This document shows, in pieces, positions 13,031 through 24,447 of a stretch of 64,000 bases of DNA. A program made the position numbers and the translations under genes. The stretch's first letter is position 1. Each line of letters begins with the position of its first letter. Below the pieces are notes generated by a model that had not been told where the DNA came from, ran no database searches, and saw nothing but the letters and a program-made list of their open reading frames with translations. This DNA comes from Lama glama. Lineage: Eukaryota. The stretch covers positions 52,206,001 through 52,270,000 of the forward strand of contig CM052817.1 of the NCBI GenBank assembly GCA_028534125.1, given 5' to 3'.

Positions 13031-14168
13031 AAGTCAAATTTCCTAAAGTTAAAATGGGGACTTAAAGTTATGACAGGAAGCACTCAGCTGAAAGCTGTGT
13101 CACCTCTTTTTGAGCTGGGTGTGCATCCCAAGCTTTGACACACGCCTGAATTAGAAAAACTGTAAGTCACACTTCCCTCCCAGTAACAGAAATTTCCTGG
13201 GTATTTGATCCAGTCTATAGCATCCAGCCTAATACTCATGCCTAGAGATTGCACAAAAGTCTTTTCTCAGATGACTTCCCACATTTTCCAGAAGATATGG
13301 CCACTGTAGTTATATCTGACATTTATTAGCTGTCATTTGGTGAATAGTGGTATCTAAAAAGAATGGCATCTTCCCCTTGGGAAAGATCTTCAATATGTGC
13401 AGCTTATGTAACATAAAAGTCTATCATTTGAACATTCATTAAAAATTAAATTCATAATCTGCACACATTCTGAAATATCCTTTTTTAAATGGTGTCATTT
13501 TGTAGTTATTTATCTATCCAGCTGCTATTTTTTTCTATTGTTTACTGATTTTCTCTTATTTGCCTAAGAACAATTTTCCTAAATTTGGCTTTTGGATATT
13601 TTTGTCCAGTCATATTCATCTGTATCTTACACTTTGAGTGATAACTATCTTGTAATGAATTATTTCTTTTCACACTCATCAAAAAATACTCTTAGTACAA
13701 TAGTAATAAAACTGCAACTAATGCTTTCCACCATTTTCTGTAGCACTCTGCTTCCATAACTTGCCTTGACTCCCTACTTTAATTTTTTTCCTTTTTCTTC
13801 TCAGAATTACTTTGAACTCAGTTATACCTAACATTGTTATTTGAGCATCCATCTATTTGTAATAGGTTTAATATACTTTCTCACTTTAGTATCTTTCTCC
13901 CTTTAACATTTCAAATTCATATAGAAGAAAATGACTTTCTAAAAGTATATAATACCTCATATTTTAAAAAAATTTACTCACTAAAATCCATCAGCTGTCT
14001 TTATAGGTGACAAGTAGTGAAGTGCATTCTATAGTTAAAAATTTCCAGTCAGTCTTTGTCAGCATGGCGGTTGCCTACTGCTGGGCTTGCCACCTGCTAC
14101 GCTATAGCACACGATGGCTAATGAGTTATGAGGATGCCAAGGATCCTTGTCTCAGCGAGACAGCAGAC

Positions 14169-14650
14169 TGCAGCGTGCTGAATATTGGCTTCCAAAATTC
14201 ATGTCTACTCAGAACCTCAGAATGTGACTTTATTTGAAATAAGGCATTTGTATTATCATAATCATAATATATTAATTAATATAAGGATCAAGATAATATT
14301 CTGGCTTAGTATGGGTTCTAAATGCAATAAAAGTGTCCTTATAGGGGACAGACAAGGACACACAGAGACACACAGAAACACAGAGAAGAAGGCAATGTAA
14401 AATTGCCTTCTACAAGGCATCTACAAGCCAAGCAACCCTGAGGATTGCCAGCAAACTCCAGGAGCTAGGAGAAGAGCATGGGCTGGTTTCTCTCTTAGAG
14501 CCTCTGGAAGGAACCAGCCCTGAGGACACTTTGATTTCAGACTTCTGGTTTTCTGAATCGTGATACAATTAATTTTTCTTGTTTTTAAGATATCCTGTTT
14601 GTGAAAATTCATTATTCTATTCATTATAGAAGCTTTACGAAACTAACGCA
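14169..14650 (+). mobile_element. MaLR solo LTR (MLT1B/C-like)
   Basis: TG...CA ends. 'aattcatgtctactcagaacctcagaatgtgactttatttgaaataagg', 'gagcctctggaaggaaccagccctgaggacactttgatttcagacttctgg', 'gaaactaacgca'. Confidence 0.9.
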
Positions 14651-14939
14651 GATGTCTAGTGAGAGGTTTGTGGACATAAATTCAGCATGAAAGAAAACAG
14701 TATCATTGTGGATTCTCTTTAATAACATCATGTTGCGTATGAGAAAAGGCAAGAGAGGTAATATCAATAATAGTAATAGTAACAAATTTTTATTAATGCC
14801 CTAGTGAAGGAATTTGCTTTTCCTCTAAATCTTCACATATTCAGAGCCTGGAGGTGAAGTAGATATGGCTTCCCATTGCTTTTCCAAAGTGTTTTCCCCC
14901 CTATCTTCATATCATCACACTTTATCATGTGCAGTATCT

Positions 14940-15560
14940 CATTATTGCTGTCTTCTCTAGGTATCTTAGTCTTCTACTCTATTCCCAGATAATTCTAGCA
15001 GTTTTTTCCCTTTCTTCTCCCTACATTCAAACCCTTCACCATGTTTGGTGGCTTTAGCATCTACATGGGGTGGTCAGGCGCTTAATTCTAATGGTGTTTT
15101 CTTAACTCTGTCACAGTCATCCTCTTTTTATGGTTATATTCCTGATGGTTAGGTTATTGCCAATTCTATACCACTTTCATACCACATAGTGATACCACTA
15201 TAGCACTTTCAGATACCTTAATCTCCTAACCGTGCAGCTTATATATACTAGTACTATCTTTCTAGTTTCTTTGATTTTATTAAGATCTTGAACACTTTGA
15301 TTCATCACTTCTTTCTTTCATGAAGTATCCAGTCCCATGCCTTTACATTCCTCCTTGATTAGACTTAGCTACAATAAATTTCATGGCAAATCATTATTTT
15401 CACTCCCTTTTTCTTCCCAGTGTACAGTTTTATATTGTATGTTATTCCTTTTGTTCGACATGCGCTGCTTACAATTATCGAACATGCCTCCAGTATACCG
15501 CACCATCACAGCAATAGGCTCAAGTTACAGAATCTCATGATGATCCTTACCTCAAGTTCA
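14940..15560 (+). mobile_element. Degenerate L2 internal fragment
   Basis: Pyrimidine-rich L2-like phrases ('ttggtggctttagcatctacatgg', 'atggttatattcctgatgg'). Confidence 0.45.
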
Positions 15561-15579
15561 CAGGTGACTTTTCATGCTC

Positions 15580-16675
15580 CAAACAGCTATTAATTAGAAA
15601 GACATGTTATCTCTTCCCTATATACCAATTATATGGTAGTAGAAGAGGAACAGAATAACAATAAATATTGCCATTCATTAGCTAGAAATAAGTGGAACAC
15701 AGTAGTCAGTAGTCCACAGCATATATGAAACTTTGCTGTTCCCTGGTTCTGCTACCTGGGGACTAAGGTGGGGGGAGGGTGTCTGTTTTTACTTTCCATC
15801 ATTGCACTTAGTAACTTCTAAATAGGGAATTGGAAAATAGCTTCCCCTTTCCACTTTTTTTTGTAGCTAAAACCTTTTTCATATAGTTTCTTGTCCTTGG
15901 AAATTTAGAGATCCAGAATAGTTTCTTATATCCCAGGCTAGTTAGTTTCTTATATTCCAGGCTAGAGGTGATTTGCCAATAGCAGGGACTTAAGAAAAAT
16001 CTGTAGATATTCTATGTGGTTGCAGTCAATTATATGAACAAATAGTTTTGTCCACAATTCGTAAGAAATATGACTCTCTAGACCTAACTATTGTACCTGA
16101 GTGAATCCAGCCTCTATTGAGACCATGACCTTAAACTTTCTGGGAGCTCTTTATTTCCAGTTGAAAGGATTTAACAGGCATCATTTTGATCCTTTCAGAA
16201 TTCTTGTAAAAGAGTTAGCTATGTCTTTACTGTGAGGCCACGTTTTACTGTAGCGCCTTGCATTTAGCCTTTTTTCTAAGTCTGTATTGTAATGGTCAGA
16301 CTTTTGATTTGGTGAAAAACAGCTTCTTTTCAACAATGCAATTTCTGAACTCTGTATTCTCTCTAAATTCTGCTGACATAATGGCATCATGTCCTCCTTC
16401 TAGTATTTTATAAATATAGTCAGTTAGCAACCAACTCAACTTTCAAATGTTCTGCCACACATTTTCCCCTCCAGCACTAAAACTTGTTAGATATATTTTC
16501 CTTTCTTCCAAGTTAAGGTAGGTGACAGTCTTACCAAATATTCTGCCACCACTTAACACAGGCCCACACTTTCCAAATTCCATAGCAGTTGTCTTGTTGA
16601 CTACTGCTGGTTCTTAATAACAATATCACATAGCTTTGATATGTGGTACATTTGTGACAACTTCCCCGTGACCAG
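15580..16675 (-). mobile_element. MaLR internal sequence (MLT1-int-like), 5' part
   Basis: Antisense MLT-int phrases ('agacatgttatctcttccc...ggaacagaataacaataaatattgccattc', 'ttccaagttaaggtaggtgacagtcttaccaaatattctgccac'). Ends with 'cttccccgtgaccaga' next to the LTR. Confidence 0.7.
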
Positions 16676-17155
16676 ATGTATGCACAATATTGCTGTGTAA
16701 TGAACAACTCAGAAACTGAGTAGAATGCAACTATTAGCACATGTTTCTTTTTCAAGTCTTCCTTATTTAGCTTTTTAAAACAGCAATTATTTGTTATGTC
16801 TCATGATTCTGTGGACTGCCTAAGACATTTCTGAGCTAGGTTTGTTTGCGCTGAATTATGCTAGTGGATAGAAGAGGTGCTTGACTCAGTAGCTAGGACA
16901 CTGGGCCTCTCATTTATCCTGGAGTTCTTCACGATGTGACGAATTTAAGGTAGCGTTCCACAAGGGCAAAAGTGGAAGCTTCAAGATTCCTTAGAGCTTA
17001 GTTTTGTCACTTCTTCCCTGTTTTATTGCTCAAAGACAGTTAAAATGCCCAAATTTAAGAGAAAGAAAAATAAACCAACATATTGAGCAAGAAAAGGAAG
17101 ATTTTCCACATATCAAAGGAAGATTTAAGGAATCTGCCTATCTTTGAAAACAAGT
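16676..17155 (-). mobile_element. MaLR LTR (old MLT1H/J-like), 5' LTR of the adjacent internal segment
   Basis: 'tattgctgtgtaatgaacaactcagaaact', 'tctcatgattctgtgg', 'tgtcacttcttccctgttttattgctcaaag...gcccaaatttaagag'. Confidence 0.75.
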
Positions 17156-17206
17156 TAGTAAAGTTATCCTTGTCCCATTGCATTTCCATGATCTTGTCAG
17201 TTTCAA

Positions 17207-17280
17207 AACACACACACAATCTATATATGATACACATTATACACACACACACACATACACACACAACCATACACACACAC
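17207..17280. repeat. Imperfect (CA)n microsatellite
   Basis: Direct reading. Confidence 0.9.
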
Positions 17281-17477
17281 TGGTGCTGGTAGATTTGCTG
17301 GCATTACATTGAAACTATCAATTGGGAGATAACTGACTTATTTAAATATTAATTGTTCAATTCATGGACCTGATATATCTTCTCATATATTTAGGTCATT
17401 TTTAAGTGGCTACTGGGAGGCAGCATTAATTTAAGTTGTTTTTTTTTTTTGACACTTTCTGAGACTTTTTTTTTCAG

Positions 17478-17542
17478 AATATTTTCTGTCCACAGTTGGC
17501 TGAATCTGTGGGTTCAGAACTGAGACTATGGAGGGCTGGCTA
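17478..17542. mobile_element. MER2/Tigger-type DNA transposon terminal fragment
   Basis: 'aatattttctgtccacagttggctgaatctgtggg...atggagggctggcta' resembles the MER2 terminus. Confidence 0.6.
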
Positions 17543-17569
17543 AACTTTTAATCAGCAACCAATAAATGG

Positions 17570-18150
17570 CATTATCTATCTCATAGCAGGAATTCAAGTC
17601 AGGAGGTGAAAGGAGGAGTAGATCCTCTTACCATTATACCTCATAACTACCCACAGAATTGTTGCTTCCTGTTCTCAAAACTTGGAGTTTTTCTCTTTGG
17701 GAGAGAAGAATGCCTCCATGAGGGACCACAAATTCCACTGTACTGGAAGGTGAAACTGCCAGGGTGCCATTTTGTGCTTTTGCTATATTGAATCAACAAG
17801 CACAGAAGGAAGTAACAACACTTGTTGGAATATTTGATTATAATTAGCAAGGGGAAGTCTTGTTTCTACTATTAATAGAGTCAGGAAGGATCATGTCTGA
17901 ATTTCAAGGGATTTTCTGGGTTTCCATACATTAATTCCATTTCCAATATTCTAAGTTAAGAGAAAATTACAGCAAACAAGAACAGACAGGGCCCTGGAGG
18001 ATGCAGACTTTAATAACACAATTTTTGGTCTCCTTGACATGGAAGGGGTATCAATTGAGTTCTTGCCTGAGAACAAAGGAAACATAGAATGGCCTGTGAA
18101 AGATGGGAGGTACAAATGACAATTACAGACTTATTAATTTACAAAAATGG
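17570..18150 (+). mobile_element. ERVL-type internal remnant, dUTPase / 3' pol region (pseudogenised)
   Basis: Frameshifted peptides GGVDPLTIIP, PQIPLYWKVKLPGCHFVLL, NQQAQKEVTTLVGIFDYN*QGEV and EFLPENKGNIEWPVKDG. These align with the recalled ERVL sequence GVAPLTITP...IPLNWKLRLPPGHFGLL...NQQAKKGVTVLAGVIDPDYQGEI...EVLAEGKGNMEWVVEEG. Confidence 0.85.
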
Positions 18151-18174
18151 ATTCTACAGTAGTGTCTTGTACTT

Positions 18175-18385
18175 TTGTAGAAGACTGCTTTTTGTAATCG
18201 ACCGTGATATCAGTGACACCACCTCCTATTCACACCTTTTGAGTAGTTTCCTTCACGTTGACTCTGGGTTTGGCTCTGTGATTTCTTCTGGCCAAATGAG
18301 ATATATCCAACAGAATGCAAGCAGAGCCTCAATTAATGCTTCGAGTTGGATGGCATTCCTTCTCTTCTTGTTTTCTTGGTACCTA
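18175..18385 (+). mobile_element. MLT1-like LTR, 5' portion
   Basis: 'ccttcacgttgactctgggtttggctctgtgatttcttctggccaaatgag...atgcaagcagagcc' resembles MLT1F/G/H. Confidence 0.7.
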
Positions 18386-18559
18386 CAGATTCCCTGGATG
18401 ACCTTATTTAATTCGATGTTTTCATTTCTAGCTATATGCAGAGTATATCTGCATTAAGATCTCCAACATCTAACCAAGATCTCTTTCTTAAATGCTAGAT
18501 AGATATTTAGCTTCCTGTTAGAAACAATTTTGACTCATCAAAACTAAACTCTTCCTTTT

Positions 18560-19370
18560 ATTTTTTTGATCATAGTTATCCTAACAGGTATGAGGTGATA
18601 TATCTTTGTGCTTTTGATTTGTATTTTTCTAACCATCTGCAATGTTGAGCATCATTTTTTTTTTTATAACCTGCTGGTTCTTTGTAGGTTTTCTTTGGAA
18701 ACATATCTATTCATGTCCTTTGCGTTGAGATTTTTACTTTTTTACTATTGAGTTGTACAAGTTTCTTAAATATAGAACCCATTATTAGATATATGGTTTG
18801 CAAATACCTTCTCCCAATCTATAGGTTGCTTTCTCATTTTGTTGTTTGTTTCCTTCGCTGTGCAGAAGCTTTTTGTTTGATGTAGTCCCTTTTGTTTGTT
18901 TTTTCTTTTGTTGCCTAAACTTTTGGTGTTCTATCAAAAAAATCATTACCAAGTTCATTATGCTAAGCTAAATAAACCAGACACAAAAAGGAAACAAAAG
19001 CCTGCATGATCTCACTTACCTGTGGAATCAAAAAGTCAAACACACAGAAGCAAAGAGTAGAATCTGTCACCAGAGTGGGGGAAGTAAAGAAAACTGGGAG
19101 ATGTTTGTCAGAGGGTACAAAGTTGCAGTTTTATGGGATGAATAAGTCTAGAGATGGAATGTATAGCATAGTGACTATAGTTAATAATATTGTACAGAAT
19201 ACTGGAAATTTTCTAAGTATATTTCAAGTGCTATCATCACATACAAAAAATGTGAACTATGTGAGGAGATGGGTATGTTAATTAGCTTGACTATGTATAT
19301 ATCAAGTAACCATTTCACTATTATATGTATGTTAAATCACCTTAAATATATATAATTTTATTAAAATATT
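18560..19370 (+). mobile_element. 5'-truncated L1 (L1MA-like 3' end) with inverted 5' segment, inserted in an L2 fragment
   Basis: 18560-18952 is antisense L1 ORF2 end ('cctaacaggtatgaggtgatatatc...gctgtgcagaagctttt'). 18955-19370 is sense 3' UTR ('cattatgctaag...catgatctcacttacctgtggaatc...gagatgggtatgttaattagcttga...ccttaaatatatataatttta'). Confidence 0.88.
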
Positions 19371-20809
19371 AAATTTCAGAAACCCCATTTTCTCTACCTC
19401 TAAAACCTTCTATGTTTCTATCTTAAAACATCCAGTTGATGAAGACAGACATATAATAGTTTTTCTTACTTTTACCATTTACCTCAACAAATTACTTTCA
19501 AATATTTCAATTTTTTTTTCCCCTGGGAAAAGAATGATCACAACAGGATTATTTCAATAGTCTCATAGCTGGTCTTTTCATTTGGTTTTAATTGTTGGTC
19601 CCTGTCCAATATACTCTCTACTAAAGTTAAATCAAATTTCCTACTGTGCAAATCTGTTATCTTAGAAGAAATCAGGAAATAAATAGCACTGCCAGAACTT
19701 TCAAGAAAGGTGTGGACAGAAAAAAAAATGATTAAAGAAAAGCCAGGAAATTACAGCTGAGACTTCAAATAACACTAAGCAAGATACAGCCTGAAGCATT
19801 ACCTATAATTTTTGTTTGTTTTCTTGTGCATATAACTTAAGTAATTTATGAAAATAATCATTTTCTTATATAGAGGATATTTTAAATGATTATTACACTC
19901 TAAATTTAGATAATATTGCCTTAGGATTATTTACTTTTTCTCAAATCAGTGCATTAATAATTTTCAGTAAAAGTGACCACAATAGTTATTTCCCACAGGT
20001 TGTCTTTAAAATCTAGTTTTTAAAACAAATTCAACTGTGCCTATATAGCCTATATATAAAGGTCATCTTTTTTACACATTTTGAAAGGTGATATTTATAA
20101 TGTTTGAATGATATGTGCACAATATATTCTCATGCATTACACTAAATTTTGCAATTTCTTAAAGTTACTAGTTTTGACTCGAAAGATTTTAAAATAGTAC
20201 TTAGCTGTATGCTACCAGCCAAAGATGTAGTCAGAGAATTATTTAATTAAACAGAATATTATGGAGTCCACAAGTCTCAGCAAGGGTTAGATTTACTGTA
20301 AAGAGGCACTCTATTCCAGTGAGAATGTGGCTACATGTTTACAACATTCATAGATGGAACTAAAATAAAATGAACACTACCATATAATGAAACCAGATCT
20401 AGTTCCTTATCATATTAAAAATCATAGTATGTATTAAGACAAATCTATATGAATAAACTTGTTAGTGAAATCTGACTATGCATAAAACAGCAAGAAAGGT
20501 ATATCATTGAAATATGGTTAATATGTTTGAAATAAGTTTATTTCAGTATCTTTGAGGATCCTAACAAAATGGAATAGTTTCATTGTTTAAAGAAATAGTT
20601 TGTGTTCTTGAATCATATGCAATGTAGATTATGTGTGGGTTTTTTGTTACTATTTGTTTACCTAAGTTAATTGTTCTGATGAAAATTGTCTTTGTTGTTA
20701 AAATATCTCATGTATTCATTCTGTTTTATTTAAAAACTAATGACAGAGTAATTGTTAGAGAGCTGATAAACTAGCTTTACCATAATTCAAATCTGTGTGG
20801 ATGTTCTGT

Positions 20810-21020
20810 AGCTAGACTTTCTCGGCTCTGTCACTTAATATAATTAATATCTATTTGGCTATTACTTAAACCTTCTATGCCTCAGTTTTCTCATCTCAAA
20901 AGTGGGATTAATGCTATACATTTCAAAGGTCTGTAACAAGGATGAATATATTTATACACAATACACTTCTTGGAACACTACCTTGAACTAGCAGTATTCG
21001 TTAGGTGTTAATTCTTATTA
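20810..21020 (+). mobile_element. MIR SINE
   Basis: 'ggctctgtcactta...ttacttaaaccttctatgcctcagttttctcatctcaaaagtgggattaat'. Confidence 0.75.
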
Positions 21021-21263
21021 TTGGGTTTGGTAAATAATTGATGAGGGTTGATTTACAGATGTTTCCACAGGAAAAGATAAACCCTGTGAAGTATTTTCAC
21101 TTAAAATTGAGCTTGGAATAGGTTTAATCTTTTTAGATAATGGCACTAAGAAATGTATCTTATTCTAGCTTCTGCTATCCTGATACAGTGCAATCATCAC
21201 AGATCAATGAACGCTGGTTCAAAAGCTTTGAGTTATTTGTAACTAAACTGCTTTTTAAACCAG

Positions 21264-21296
21264 GGTTGTTGTTGTTGTTGTTATTATTATTATTAT
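21264..21296. repeat. (GTT)n(ATT)n microsatellite
   Basis: Direct reading. Confidence 0.9.
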
Positions 21297-21418
21297 TTTA
21301 CAGAAACTTTTTCCCTGGAAAGTTTTTAGCTTCTAAAAAGCACTATTATATTAATTGTCCTTATATCTCTATGAAGAAAATAGGGGAACTTCGCTATATT
21401 CATTAGAAAATAATAATA

Positions 21419-21769
21419 TGTTTTTATTGAAGTATAGTCAGTTACAATGTGTCAATTTCTAGTGTACAGCATAATGTCCCATATATATATATATGTAATA
21501 TATATATATACACACACATATATTCATTTTCATATTCTTTTTCAATAAAGGTTATTACAAGATTTTGAATAGAGTTCCCTGTGCTATACAGAAGAATTTT
21601 ATTTTTTATCTGTCTTTATATATAGTAGTTAATATTTGCAAATCTCAAACTCCCAAATTTATCCTTTCCCACTTCATTTCCCCTGGTAGCCATAAGATTA
21701 TTATGTCTGCAAGTCTCTTTCTGTTTTGTAGATGAGTTCATTAATGCCTCCTTTTTTTTCTCTTTTAGG
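21419..21769 (-). mobile_element. 5'-truncated L1 3' end with 13-bp target-site duplication
   Basis: 'tttttattgaagtatagtcagttacaatgtgtcaatttctagtgtacagc...gttccctgtgctatacag...ctgttttgtagatgagttcatt'. TSD gaaaataataata at 21406-21418 and 21770-21782. Confidence 0.92.
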
Positions 21770-21973
21770 GAAAATAATAATACTTTTTAATTTTAGTTAA
21801 TTTGCTCACAGTCATTCTATGTGGGGCAATTATTAATATTATTTCTCACATTTTATTAAATATAATAACAAAAGAAACAATAATAACTATTCTACACAAC
21901 TTTAAATATACTAAGAGCTTCAACATACACTTTACTTAGATAGGCAATTTTTTTCAAATTCTAGTATATTACT

Positions 21974-22331
21974 TGATGTGGTCTGAATATTTGTGTCACC
22001 CAAAATGCATATGTTGAAATCTTAACCCTTAAAAATTATGGTATTAGAAGGCGGGTTTTGGGGAGGTCCTTAAGTCAAGGGGGTGGAGCCCTCACGAATG
22101 GGATTAGTGGCTTACAGAAGAGACAGCACAAAGATACCTAGCAGCTTGCACTACAGGAGGACATAGCAGAAGGAAAGGCATCTGTGAACCAGGAAGCCAT
22201 TCCCTGAATCCTCTGGCACCATGATCTTGGATTTTATAATCTCCAGAACTGTGACAAATAAATGTCTTCTGCTTATAAGTTACTGTGTCTGCTGTGGTAT
22301 TTTGTTATAGTAGCCCAAATGGACTGAGACA
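21974..22331 (+). mobile_element. MaLR solo LTR (MLT1A-like)
   Basis: TG...CA. 'ggtctgaatatttgtgtcacccaaaatgcatatgttgaaatc', 'gagccctcacgaatgggattagtg', 'ctccagaactgtgacaaataaatg', 'ggactgagaca'. Confidence 0.9.
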
Positions 22332-23344
22332 TTTCTGAACATCATGATAGGTTTGAATCTACAAGAGTAGGCATTAAGAGTGACTCTTTATTCTTCAAGT
22401 TTATGAATTACACTTCAAGATTATTATGTGGTTGAATAAAAGGACCAAATATCCTTTATTTGGGGAGCAATCTCAATTTTGTACAGGGAGAAGAAGGGAA
22501 TTGTGTAAGACATGGAACTAGAAAATATGATGCATTATGTTATTTAATCCTCATAACAACTTTGTAAGATTAATATTCTCAACATTATGATAAGTGAAAC
22601 AAAACAAAACAAAAAAACAGACGGTAGTGATCAAGTAATGTCCCAGGACATTCAGTTAGAAAGTACCAATGTATATCTTCATTGCTCTGTCTCCAATTTC
22701 TATGTTTCATAAATTATTTTTTAAAAGCACTTCACTTCAGACACATGTATTTAATTTATATATTTAAGTCATATTACATTCTATTTACATTGTCCAACTC
22801 TGAGGCTTGATTTTTTAAAAACTCACTTGAGGCATAATTATTAAAATGGAAATGTCTCCCTTGTGAAGCAGAACACATTAAATCCATTAAATAATGGTTT
22901 CATTATTTCCATCATATCAAATAGCACAGCTCTGAAAATATGAAATGCAGGTAAATCAATGTTTTATGGAGAGAATTACTATAACATTCTCTGTTGATAG
23001 TATGTTCCTAATAAGCAGAAATGATTCATAGCATGAGATTTTGGACAGTTAGAATTGCAAATATGTGGAATAAAAGTAATGCTAAGGGAGCTGGTACAGC
23101 AGAAAAGTATGATAATAAACTCTCAGATGATAATTTTTTACATTTATATAAATTAACTTATTCAGAGAAGTAAACATTTACATATGTATGTACATATATG
23201 TCATTTTAGATATAAAACTAAATACAAAGGAGAAATATTTTGTATTTAATAGAATTCAAATAGACTCAACTGAAAAAAATACATCTTAAATTTAATAAAA
23301 AATTACTTTTTCAATTGAGTAGAAAGAAGGAAAAAACCTACTTA

Positions 23345-23363
23345 TGTCCACCAGAGGGTAGTA
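23345..23363 (+). promoter_or_regulatory. CTCF-like motif
   Basis: tgtCCACCAGAGGGtAGTA: close to the CTCF core CCACCAGRGGGCRS, with one C>T mismatch. Confidence 0.4.
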
Positions 23364-23819
23364 TTGTAACACTATAGCAATTCAAGTGAGCCAGGCATCA
23401 GAAAAAATTCTCAGCAGATGAATGTCTCAAATAACCTTATATTTATTTCTGAAAATTGGAGAAGGAAATAATTTTAACTTTATATAATTTATACATTTAC
23501 CCTCATAAGTTGTAACTTCTGTAAATACCCCCCATGATATTACTGATTAAATTAAAAATCAGCAAACAAGTACAGATATACATATGCAAAAAAAATACTC
23601 TAATATGGGAATTATTTCTAGATGTCTTGAATAACCTTCTTAGAAAAAGAGTTGAAATGTCAGATAGAATATAAAAATCTTAAATGTATCTCAGGGCTAA
23701 AGTCACAGTAAATATTTCACCTTGGCCAAAAATTTAAAGGAAGAGATTGAAAAATAAGAAAGTGCAAAATTTCCTTTAACCTTGAAGAGTCATTATAAGT
23801 TCTGGAGGCCCTAATTTTC

Positions 23820-24120
23820 ACATTCCTAGTATGTTGAGAGTTTTTATCATGAATAGGTGGTGAGTTCTGTCAAATTTTTTTCTTTGCACAGTGTGCCTAC
23901 TGAAGGATTAAATACTTTTTGTTCTACTAATACGGTGTTTTGCATTAATATATTTTCAAATACCAAACCAACATTGTATTACTGGAAAAAAATCCCTCTT
24001 GGTCATGGTGTATAATATTTTTTATATATTTCTGGATTCATTTTGCTGTTTTTTTGTAAACATTTTTTGTCTATGTTCATGAGGATGTTTATTCTGTAGT
24101 TTCCTTTCTGTATGTTATCT
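23820..24120 (-). mobile_element. Old L1M ORF2 fragment
   Basis: 'ttcctagtatgttgagagtttttatcatgaatagg...cttggtcatggtgtataat...tctatgttcatgaggatg'. Confidence 0.8.
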
Positions 24121-24129
24121 ACCTATATA

Positions 24130-24447
24130 TCGTGGTAGTACAAAAGACTACTGGGTCAGCGACAAAAATATATTACCATGGCAAGTAGTTTATGTTTGTA
24201 TCAGTTCCCATTGCCCTCTAAGTCCTATGGAGACAAAGACGAGCCAGGTTCAGGTGAATGGATGTCATGGGCACGGTGAGCTTATATTACAGCTGAGGTA
24301 CCCTATGCTTAGGAAATCTCCTGTCTTATTAGAGGATTCTAGCAAACCTGCCCAATCTCTTCTCAGAGGCTGATATTGTCTTATTATCCAGCAAAAAAAT
24401 TGCCCTCTATGCCAGAGGCTGAAATTATCTCTATCCCCCAAGGAGAT
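24130..24447 (-). mobile_element. ERV LTR fragment (LTR47-like), same family as 41016-41482
   Basis: Reverse complement ('gatagagataatttcagcctctgg...taagacaatatcagcctc...atcctctaataagacaggagatttcctaagc...cacctgaacctg') is colinear with the LTR at 41 kb. Confidence 0.65.

Noticed and set aside
18089..18457. 122-aa ORF
   Set aside because: Spans the end of the ERVL remnant in a different frame from its motifs, an MLT1-like LTR and L2; chance ORF.
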